Assembly (NCBI GenBank): GCA_040752025.1 | Contig: JBFMFR010000002.1 | Span: 34,232 to 98,231 of the forward strand | DNA length: 64,000 bases | Source of the DNA: Chloroflexota bacterium | GTDB lineage: Bacteria; Chloroflexota; Anaerolineae; Anaerolineales; UBA4823 | Direction: 5' to 3' | In this document: positions 35,912 to 43,110 of the stretch, one piece after another | How the letters are laid out: each line of letters begins with the position of its first letter | How positions within the stretch are numbered: the stretch's first letter is position 1 | Position numbers and translations under genes: made by a program | The notes under the pieces: model-generated | Database searches by the model: none | Told to the model about the DNA's origin: nothing | Seen by the model: the letters and a program-made list of their open reading frames with translations, nothing else

Positions 35912-37885
35912 ATGCCACTATCAACCGGACAAATCCTGGAGAACCGCTACCGCATCGTCAAGCTGCTCGGGCAGGGCGGCTTTGGGGCGGTGTACCGCGC
36001 CTGGGACACCAAGCTGAACGGCCCGTGCGCCGTCAAGGAGAGCTTCGAGAGTTCGGCGGCGGCGCAGAAGCAGTTCGAGCGCGAGGCCTCGCTGCTCTTC
36101 AACCTGCGCCATCCCAACCTGCCGCGCGTTTTCGACTCGTTCATTTTGCCCGGGCAGGGCCTGTACCTGGTGATGGACTACATCGAAGGCCAGGATTTGC
36201 AGGAACTGCTCGAGCAGGCCGGCGGGCCGCTGCCCGAGGCGCAGGTGCTGCCCTGGATCGGGCAGGTTTGCGCTGCTTTGAGCTACCTGCACAGCCAAAC
36301 CCCGCCGGTGGTGCACCGCGACCTGAAGCCGGCCAACATCCGCATCACCCCGCAGGGGCAGGCTATGCTGGTGGACTTCGGCATCGCCAAGCTGTACGAC
36401 CCCAACCTGAAGACCACCGCCGGGGCGCGCGCCGTCACGCCGGGCTTCTCGCCGCCGGAGCAGTACGGGCGCGGCAGCACCGACCTGCGCTCGGATGTCT
36501 ACAGCCTGGGGGCCACGCTCTACGCCCTGCTGACCGGTCAGGCGCCGCCGGACAGCGTGGACGTGCTCACCGGCAACCAGCCCGCCCCGCACGCAGCCCG
36601 GGCGCTCAACCCGGGCGTTTCGGCGGGGGTCAGCGCCGCCATCGAGAAGGCCATGCGCCTGGAGCGGGCGGAGCGCTGGCCGAGCGTGGCGGCCTTGTGG
36701 CAGGCTTTGCAGGCCGGCGGGCCTCCAGCCCCCACCCCGCCCATCCCCCTGCGAGGGACAGCAGGGATGCAATCGCCCTCCCAGATGCAGAAAGGGGGCA
36801 CGCAGGTGGTGGGGTATGCCGGAGCGGACGGGCAGGCGGGCCGGGCCCGTCTGCCCCGGCCTGCGCAAGGTATCCCATGGAGTTGGGTGGCTGCGGCGCT
36901 GGGGCTGGTGATTTTAGCTTTGGGGGTGGCCCTGGTTCCCTCGCTGTTGGGCGGGGATAGCACCGCAGACAGCCAGGCGACGCAGACCGCCCTGGCCTGG
37001 CGGGCGGAGACAGCCGTGGCAGCAGCTACTCAGACCACCCGGCTGCCGGCGACCGATCCGCCCAAGGACATCGCGACTGCGAAGCCGCCTACGGCGACGC
37101 GTGCAGAGCCGACGCACACCTTGCCACCCACGGCGACACGTGCAGAGCCAACGCGGACTCTGCCGCCCACGCTTACACCCACCCCGGCCGCGCCAGAGGG
37201 CATGGTTCTGATCCCGGCTGGGGAGTTCCAGATGGGCAGCAAAAATGGGGGCGGCGATGAGAAGCCGGTGCACACAGTCTATCTGGATGCCTATTACATC
37301 GATGTCCACGAAGTGACCAACGCTCGCTACGCTGAGTGCGTGGCAGCCGGGGAGTGCACGCAGCCAGGTAGTGGCAGTAATTATGGCAATGCAGCCTATG
37401 CAGATCACCCGGTGGTCAATGTGGACTGGAACCAGGCGCGGGCCTACTGCCAGTGGCGCGGCGGGCGGCTGCCGACGGAGGCAGAGTGGGAGAAAGCGGC
37501 GCGGGGCGGGTTGGAAGGGATGGATTACCCCTGGGGGGATGAGACTCCGATCTGTGAAAAAGGAGCGAAGAACGGTGCGCAGTTCTCAGGTTGTGATGGG
37601 GACACAGTTCCAGTGGGTAGTTTTGCACCCAACGGCTACGGGCTGTACGACATGGCCGGCAACGTGTGGGAGTGGGTGCAGGATTGGTACCTGGAGAGCT
37701 TTTATGGCAGTTCGCCGCGTGACAACCCGACTGGCCCGGTCTCGGGCGAGTACCGCGTGGTGCGGGGCGGGGGCTGGGGCGGCAGTGGCGCTTTGCTCTC
37801 TGCCAACCGTGGCTGGAGCGCCCCTTCCAGCCGTAGCGGCAACCTGGGGTTTCGCTGCGTTGCGACGGTGAAGTCGCCTGAATAA
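35912..37885 (+). CDS. Ser/Thr protein kinase fused via TM and PT-rich linker to an FGE-sulfatase (SUMF1-like) domain
   Basis: Kinase motifs GQGGFGAVY, AVK, HRDLKPANI, DFG and SPPE. One TM segment. C-terminal FGE motifs (YIDVHEVTN, RLPTEAEWEKAARGG, GNVWEW, RGG.W). Confidence 0.9.
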   Translation: MPLSTGQILENRYRIVKLLGQGGFGAVYRAWDTKLNGPCAVKESFESSAAAQKQFEREASLLFNLRHPNLPRVFDSFILPGQGLYLVMDYIEGQDLQELLEQAGGPLPEAQVLPWIGQVCAALSYLHSQTPPVVHRDLKPANIRITPQGQAMLVDFGIAKLYDPNLKTTAGARAVTPGFSPPEQYGRGSTDLRSDVYSLGATLYALLTGQAPPDSVDVLTGNQPAPHAARALNPGVSAGVSAAIEKAMRLERAERWPSVAALWQALQAGGPPAPTPPIPLRGTAGMQSPSQMQKGGTQVVGYAGADGQAGRARLPRPAQGIPWSWVAAALGLVILALGVALVPSLLGGDSTADSQATQTALAWRAETAVAAATQTTRLPATDPPKDIATAKPPTATRAEPTHTLPPTATRAEPTRTLPPTLTPTPAAPEGMVLIPAGEFQMGSKNGGGDEKPVHTVYLDAYYIDVHEVTNARYAECVAAGECTQPGSGSNYGNAAYADHPVVNVDWNQARAYCQWRGGRLPTEAEWEKAARGGLEGMDYPWGDETPICEKGAKNGAQFSGCDGDTVPVGSFAPNGYGLYDMAGNVWEWVQDWYLESFYGSSPRDNPTGPVSGEYRVVRGGGWGGSGALLSANRGWSAPSSRSGNLGFRCVATVKSPE

Positions 37886-37927
37886 TTGTCTTGCACTGAG
37901 CGAGGTGACAAGACCTGCTGTTCCATA

Positions 37928-37965
37928 CAGCCGCGAATTTCACGAATTTTTCGAATTGGGCTTTG
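37928..37965 (+). repeat. Dispersed 38-bp repeat (copy 2)
   Basis: 37/38 identical to 35614-35651. Confidence 0.9.
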
Positions 37966-38000
37966 CAGGCGTTCGAGTGCGAGGTGCGTTTGTGACTGAA

Positions 38001-38033
38001 AGAAATCGAATTTTTGACAAAAATTCGATTTCT
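38001..38033. repeat. 33-bp perfect palindrome AGAAATCGAATTTTTG-A-CAAAAATTCGATTTCT
   Basis: 16-bp arms. The same arm sequence recurs at 43064-43110. Confidence 0.9.
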
Positions 38034-38047
38034 GGGCTGCCTGGGGC

Positions 38048-38356
38048 TTGCACCGTTTGGGCGAAGGTGTTTGTGTTGGGCGAAAGCCGCCTGCGGCCCT
38101 GGATCTGGAGGGCAGGCACATCGGCTACGCCATCCGCCCGGTGCGATGGCGGCGGGGCTACGGCACGCATATCCTGGCGCTGACCCTGGAGAAGGCCCGG
38201 GAGCGCGGCCTGCGGCGCGTGCTGGTGACCTGCGACAAGGAAAACACCGCCTCGGCGCGCATCATCGAAAAGAACGGCGGCCGGCTGGCGGGAGAGGCGC
38301 TTGCGGAGCGCAGCGGCAAACCGGTCTTGCGGTATTGGATCGAGTTGGGTGAATAG
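38048..38356 (+). pseudogene. 5'-truncated GNAT acetyltransferase (C-terminal about 90 aa only)
   Basis: HIGYAIRPVRWRRGYGTHILALTLEKARERGLRRVLVTCDKENTASARIIEKNGG is the acetyl-CoA-binding half of a GNAT of about 170 aa. The N-terminal half is absent and repeats lie upstream. Confidence 0.6.
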
Positions 38357-38358
38357 CC

Positions 38359-38456
38359 AGACCTGACAGGTTTTTTTTGAGCATCTATGTGGTTTGAGTA
38401 ACCAGGCTTGCATAGAGGCATGGCAGGCAGGGATGCAATGGAAACCTGTCAGGTCT
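38359..38456. repeat. Perfect 15-bp inverted repeats bounding a 68-bp segment (MITE-like or long stem-loop)
   Basis: AGACCTGACAGGTTT (38359-38373) and AAACCTGTCAGGTCT (38442-38456). Confidence 0.8.
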
Positions 38457-38591
38457 TTACGGCAGGCGGGGCGCAACCGTAGGGGCGGGTCTGCCCGTTC
38501 TGGTAAATCTACCTGCCCTACAGCCATCCTGCCTGGCCTGCGGCGCGCTTCGATCAACTCGACCCGCCCTTTGCCTTGCCCCGCCTCGCCA

Positions 38592-38885
38592 GCGCACCCG
38601 GCCAGGAATGTAATTCCCGGCCTGCCACCCAAAACGCGCTAAAAGCACGTTGGGGAAACGGCTCGGGGGAGTGCGCTTTGAGCGCACTTGGAGTACCAGG
38701 CTGGGGTTTTGAATCCCAGCCGTTGTTGGCCAGCGTGTCACCGGCGTGGCGTGTGCGCCCACCCGGCCAGGAATGCAATTCCCGGCCTGCCACCCAAAAC
38801 GCGCTAAAAGCGCGTTGGGGAAACGGCTCGGGGGAGTGCGCTTTGAGCGCACTTTGGGTATCAGGCTGGGATTTTGAATCCCAGC
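38592..38885 (+). repeat. Tandem 165-bp repeat (about 1.8 copies), each unit containing four hairpins
   Basis: Unit starts at 38596 and 38761, with about 7 substitutions over about 125 aligned nt by hand alignment. Hairpins: GGCCAGGAAT/ATTCCCGGCC, AACGCGCT/AGCGCGTT, GTGCGCT/AGCGCAC and GCTGGGAT/ATCCCAGC. Confidence 0.85.
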
Positions 38886-38958
38886 TATGGGGTGTTGTGC
38901 TAAAATTAATCAGGTCAACGGGCGAAAGTCCGAGTTTGTCCGCGATCGGGAGGCAGGG

Positions 38959-40452
38959 ATGACATTCGAGAAGGGTCATGCGTTGTTGGTTGGGGTGGGC
39001 AGCCACCCAAATGCGCGCCAATTGGATGTGTTGGAGACAGTAGCTGACGTTCAAGCGGTGGCGCAGGCGCTGGGCGATGAGCACCTGTGCGGCTATCCGT
39101 CCGGGCAGGTGCGCGTGCTGCACGACCAGTCCGCCACGCGCCAGGGCATCCTGGCCGGGCTGGATGAGCTGGCGGGGCGCGCCGGGCCAGACGACACAGT
39201 TTTTATTTTCTACAGCGGGCACGGCGATTACGGCACGGACGGGGCTTATTACCTGGTCAGTCACGATGCGCGTATCGAAAATGAGAAAGTTGCCAGCGGT
39301 ACGGGCGTCAGCCAGGCCGAACTGTTGGAGAAAATAGGCAAGATCCAGGCGCAGCGCCTCCTGCTGCTCTTCAACGCCTGCCATTCCGGGCAGGTCACGC
39401 CGGCCACGTTGGGCGCCGCGGCTGCCCCAGCCCTGGGCGCAAGGCCTCTGCCAGGCGCCGCCGCCGAGGCCCTGCTGGGCAGCGGCAGCGGGCGGGTGGT
39501 GATCACCGCCTGCCGCCAGGAGCAGTTATCCTACGTCGGCGACGGCCCGCAGACGCTCTTCGCCCAGGCGCTGCTGGATGCCCTGCACGGGCGCACCACC
39601 AGCGGGCGCGGCGGCTTCATCTCCGTTTTCGATCTGTACACCGCCCTGTACGACGCGCTCAGCGAGAAAGCCCCGCAGGAGCCGGAACTGACCGTGATCA
39701 AGGGCGTCGGCCCGTTCGCCGTGGCCCTGTACAACGGCGCCAGCCAGACCAACCTGGGCCTGGCCGAGGCGGCCCACGAGCCGCCTGAATACACCGCCGT
39801 GCGCCGCGTGCGCCCGGAGAAGGCCCGCTACCAGTTCCAGCAGCACAGCGCCGTGCACATCGGCAGCATCAGCGGGGTCAGCGGCGGGCAGATCAACATC
39901 GCCGGCCGGGACGTTAATACGCGGGTCGAGACGGGCGGGGGCGCTTACGTGGGCGGCAACGTGGACACCGGCGGGGGCAGCTTCGTGGGGCGCGATAAGC
40001 TGGTTTTCGGCGATGAGGTGCGCGGTGATAAGGTGCTGGGGGATAAGGTAACTGGGAACAAGGTAACTGGGGACCAGGTTGCCGGGGATAAAACTACGGT
40101 GGGAGACATCTCTGGCAGCACGGGGATTGCCATCGGGCGCAACGCCCAGGCGTATGTTTCGATGGGCGTGAGCGCGGCGGAGCTGGAGCGCCTGTTCCAG
40201 CCGCTGCTGGCGGCGGTCGCCCAGGCCCCGGCGCAGGCGCGCCCCGAGGCGGCGCGCATGGCGGAGCAGTTGAAGCAAGAGGCAGCTAAGGGCAAGCAGG
40301 CCGATGACAAGCTTATGGCCCGTTTGATCGAAGGCCTGGTGGACCTCGTGCCCGGGGCGGTCAGCGCCGTGGTGAGCGCCTTCGCTTCGCCGCTGCTGGC
40401 CGGCATCGCCGGCCCGGTGACGCAGTACGTTTTGTCGAAATGGCGCAAGTGA
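38959..40452 (+). CDS. Caspase-like (peptidase C14, orthocaspase) protein with C-terminal 5-aa repeats and helical tail
   Basis: His/Cys dyad contexts FIFYSGHGDY and LLLFNACHSGQ. Five 15-nt repeats (GDKVx) at 40024-40098. ATG 38959 has GGGAGG upstream; the tracked start at 38887 lies in the repeat. Confidence 0.8.
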   Translation: MTFEKGHALLVGVGSHPNARQLDVLETVADVQAVAQALGDEHLCGYPSGQVRVLHDQSATRQGILAGLDELAGRAGPDDTVFIFYSGHGDYGTDGAYYLVSHDARIENEKVASGTGVSQAELLEKIGKIQAQRLLLLFNACHSGQVTPATLGAAAAPALGARPLPGAAAEALLGSGSGRVVITACRQEQLSYVGDGPQTLFAQALLDALHGRTTSGRGGFISVFDLYTALYDALSEKAPQEPELTVIKGVGPFAVALYNGASQTNLGLAEAAHEPPEYTAVRRVRPEKARYQFQQHSAVHIGSISGVSGGQINIAGRDVNTRVETGGGAYVGGNVDTGGGSFVGRDKLVFGDEVRGDKVLGDKVTGNKVTGDQVAGDKTTVGDISGSTGIAIGRNAQAYVSMGVSAAELERLFQPLLAAVAQAPAQARPEAARMAEQLKQEAAKGKQADDKLMARLIEGLVDLVPGAVSAVVSAFASPLLAGIAGPVTQYVLSKWRK

Positions 40453-41336
40453 CGCCCGTGGATGCCGCCGCCATCACCCAGGCTTACCAGCGCCTGATCG
40501 AGAACTTCCTGGGCTGGGCGCAGGCTGAGGAAAACATCCGCGCCGCGGTGGTGATCGGCTCGCGGGCGCGCACGGACCACCCCGCCGATGCCTTCTCCGA
40601 CCTGGACGTGATCCTGGTGGTGCAGGATATGCAGCCGCTGGTGGAGGACTCCGCCTGGGTGGGCTGCGCCGGCCGGCCCTGGCTGACCTTCATCGAGCGC
40701 ACCGGCGACGGGAGAAGCTGGGAGCGGCGCGTCCTGTACGAAGGCGGGCTGGACGTGGATTTCGCCTTCGTGCCCCTGGAACAGGCGCAAATGCTGTGCG
40801 CCGCTGGCCCGTCTGCGCAGATGCCTGACGTCATGCAGCGCGGCTACCATGTCTTGCTGGATAAGGACGGCCTGCTGGCGGGCCTGCCGCCCTCGCCCGG
40901 CAGCGGGGCGCCGTTCGAGCCGGTGAGCCAGGCGGAGTTCCTCAACCTGGTCAACGATTTCTGGTACCACACCGCCTGGACCGCCAAGCACCTGCGGCGC
41001 GGCGAGCTGTGGTGGGGCAAGGGCTGCTGCGATGATTATCTCAAAGGGCTGCTGCGGCGCATGCTGGAGTGGCACGCCCAGGCCACCCGCCCGGGAACCG
41101 ACACCTGGCTGCGCGGGCGTTTTTTGGAAGAGTGGGCCGACCCGCGCGCTGTGGCCGCCCTGCCCCAGGCCTACGCCCACTACCAGGCGCAGGACATCTG
41201 GCGAGCCCTGTTCGTCACCATGGACCTGTTCGCCTGGTTGGAGCAAGAGACCGCCCAGCACCTGGGTTTCCCCCGCCCATTGGAAGGCGAAGCGCAGGCC
41301 GCCGCGCTGACCCGCCAGTTATTCGACGGCCGGTAA
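40440..41336 (+). CDS. ANT(6)/AadK-family nucleotidyltransferase (streptomycin adenylyltransferase-like fold)
   Basis: GSRARTDHPADAFSDLDVILVV NTase motif, VLLDKDG, EFLNLVNDFWYH..AKHLRRGEL and LLRRMLEWHA. Overlaps the caspase gene by 13 nt (4 nt if GTG 40449 is the start). Confidence 0.8.
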   Translation: MAQVTPVDAAAITQAYQRLIENFLGWAQAEENIRAAVVIGSRARTDHPADAFSDLDVILVVQDMQPLVEDSAWVGCAGRPWLTFIERTGDGRSWERRVLYEGGLDVDFAFVPLEQAQMLCAAGPSAQMPDVMQRGYHVLLDKDGLLAGLPPSPGSGAPFEPVSQAEFLNLVNDFWYHTAWTAKHLRRGELWWGKGCCDDYLKGLLRRMLEWHAQATRPGTDTWLRGRFLEEWADPRAVAALPQAYAHYQAQDIWRALFVTMDLFAWLEQETAQHLGFPRPLEGEAQAAALTRQLFDGR

Positions 41337-41338
41337 GC

Positions 41339-41556
41339 TGATTGACTGACAAATCTAACACGGAGATCACAGAGAAATCACGGAGTTCACAGAGTTTTGC
41401 CAAAAACTTCGTGTTCCTGGCGTTCTGCGCGGTGGAAAATAAAATCTGTCCACAAACACACATGGGGCACAAATTTCCGTTTCACCGGCGCTTCTTCTCC
41501 GTGCGCTCCGTGTTAAGTTGCAATTCAAGCGTTCTACATAATTTGTCAATCAATCA
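41339..41556. mobile_element. 218-bp MITE-like element with 16-bp TIRs and 11-bp flanking direct repeat
   Basis: TIRs are TGATTGACTGACAAAT (41339-41354) and ATTTGTCAATCAATCA (41541-41556), 15/16 complementary. Flanks are GGCCGGTAAGC at 41328-41338 and 41557-41567. Subterminal inverted repeats TAACACGGAG/CTCCGTGTTA. No ORF. Confidence 0.8.
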
Positions 41557-41616
41557 GGCCGGTAAGCATATTTGATTCTTCTCATATCTACGAAAATCGG
41601 TGTAATCTGCAGATCG

Positions 41617-41654
41617 AAAAAATGGCGAAGGGCGCCCCACTTTTGGGGCGCCCT
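41617..41654 (-). terminator. Intrinsic terminator downstream of the MerR-family gene
   Basis: Perfect 11-bp stem AGGGCGCCCCA/TGGGGCGCCCT, loop CTTT. On the minus strand it is followed, after 6 nt, by TTTTTT. Confidence 0.65.
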
Positions 41655-41667
41655 GGGTTGGTGGCGC

Positions 41668-42972
41668 TTATTCGATCGGCACGTAAATCGTCAGTTGCGA
41701 GCCCTCCACCCCGGGTTCGAAGTTCTCGTCATAGTACTCGAAGTCCGGGCCCTTGGCGGCCTTGTAGCCGGAGCCCGGCAGCCAGGTCTCGAAGGCGTAC
41801 TGGTAGGTCTCGTGGATGTTTTGCAGCGTGCAGGGGAAGACGGCGTACTTCTGCGCAGGGACTTCCCAGGTGGTCATGCCCTCGGGGATGGCCTCGGTGC
41901 TGGATACGGCAAAGCCCGCCATGTACTGGAAGGCGCCGCTCTCCTCCACCTGCCCGCAGATGCCGAAGGCGCCATCCACGATGTGTTTCACTTCGGGGAT
42001 GCGCGGGTTGAACTGCTGCCACAACTGGCCGATCTCGTCGTTCTCATTCTTGCCATGATAGAGCAGGCCGACGGCGGTAAAGGCTGGTCTTTCAACGATT
42101 TGAGGTTGCATCGCTTTTTTCTCCTGGTTTGTTGAAATGAAGAAGGGGGTAGGTTTCTTTTGCACGGGGAGCTGCACTTCGGTGACGGGCGCTGCCTCGC
42201 CAGCCTCGTCGGCCGGGCGCTGCAGGTACACCTCCCGGTTGGGGCCCAGGCTGCGGTAGCCGGAGGTTTCGACCCAGCTCAGCAGGGCGTTGTAGGCCTC
42301 AGGCAGGCGGTTGTACGACCCGCTGTGGATGGCGCAGGCCATGTTTTCCGCCCCGGGCAGCTCGTGGACGGCCACGCGCCGGCTGCCTGGCAGGCGCTGG
42401 GACAGCGGCACAGCGGCTTCTACGTCCAGGGTCTGCTCGCTGAACTCCGAGTCGTAATAGACCGCCAGGGTCGCCAGGCTGGCCTCCAGGGTCAGGTCCC
42501 GGCTTCGCAGGTAGGCATCCAGCTCGGAGAACAGCGGCGGCAGCTCGTGCATGCCGTGGATCACGGCGCGCACGCCGGCCACGCGCTGGGCGGGCACGCT
42601 CTTGAGCACCACTTCGTAGGCCGGCAGGCAGCCCTCCTGCTCGATCTGCCGCAACCGTTCGGCGACGCGCTCCAGGCGCTCCTGTTCGGCCTGCACCTGG
42701 CGTTCCAGCTCGGCCTGCTTCATGCGCAGCATGCCGCGCAGCTCGGCGGCTGGCAGGTCCTGGCGCAGCAGTTGCTGGATCTGCTCCAGCGAGAAGCCCA
42801 GGTCCTTGAGCGCCAGGATGCGGTTCAGGCGCTGCAACTGCCCGGCGCTGTAGTAGCGGTAGCCGGTGAAGCGGTCGATCCAGGCCGGGCGCAGCAGGCC
42901 CAGCTCGCCGTAGTGCCGCAGGGCCTTGATCGAGACCTGCGCCAGCTTGGAGAAGTCGCCAATCTTGAACAT
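41668..42972 (-). CDS. MerR-family regulator with two tandem GyrI-like effector-binding domains
   Basis: MerR HTH MFKIGDFSKLAQVSIKALRHYGELGLL..YRYY and a coiled-coil. This is followed by a BmrR-like GyrI domain and then a second GyrI-like domain starting MQPQIVERPAF. Confidence 0.8.
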   Translation of the reverse strand: MFKIGDFSKLAQVSIKALRHYGELGLLRPAWIDRFTGYRYYSAGQLQRLNRILALKDLGFSLEQIQQLLRQDLPAAELRGMLRMKQAELERQVQAEQERLERVAERLRQIEQEGCLPAYEVVLKSVPAQRVAGVRAVIHGMHELPPLFSELDAYLRSRDLTLEASLATLAVYYDSEFSEQTLDVEAAVPLSQRLPGSRRVAVHELPGAENMACAIHSGSYNRLPEAYNALLSWVETSGYRSLGPNREVYLQRPADEAGEAAPVTEVQLPVQKKPTPFFISTNQEKKAMQPQIVERPAFTAVGLLYHGKNENDEIGQLWQQFNPRIPEVKHIVDGAFGICGQVEESGAFQYMAGFAVSSTEAIPEGMTTWEVPAQKYAVFPCTLQNIHETYQYAFETWLPGSGYKAAKGPDFEYYDENFEPGVEGSQLTIYVPIE

Positions 42973-43017
42973 GTCTCACTCCACGTGCAAGTTTCACTTC
43001 TGGCCAGAAGTACCCCC

Positions 43018-43048
43018 ATTGTACACTCTCCTGTAAGAGGAGAGTCAA
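43018..43048 (-). promoter_or_regulatory. MerR-type promoter: TTGACT - 19 nt spacer with dyad - TACAAT
   Basis: On the minus strand, -35 TTGACT (43043-43048) and -10 TACAAT (43018-43023) with a 19-nt spacer. The 8-bp dyad ACTCTCCT/AGGAGAGT (43025-43045) spans the spacer. Located 46 nt upstream of the MerR ATG. Confidence 0.65.
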
Positions 43049-43063
43049 GGGGTAAAGGCTACC

Positions 43064-43110
43064 AGAAATCGAATTTTGCCGCCAAGGCGGTGTCTAAAAT
43101 TCGATTTCTA
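43064..43110. repeat. Palindromic repeat AGAAATCGAATTTT ... AAAATTCGATTTCT with nested GC hairpin
   Basis: 14-bp arms identical to the arms at 38001-38033. The element overlaps the DUF1848 stop codon. Confidence 0.85.

Noticed and set aside
38592-38885. Possible CRISPR array
   Set aside because: There are fewer than two full units, the period is 165 bp, there is no short repeat/unique spacer alternation, and no cas genes are in the window.
38554-39384. 276-aa minus-strand ORF, plus the 128-aa plus-strand ORF 38576-38962, across the tandem repeat
   Set aside because: Both read through the 165-bp hairpin repeats, which produces internally duplicated peptides, and run antisense to or overlap the caspase-like gene start. 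They are artefacts of repeat DNA in a high-GC genome.
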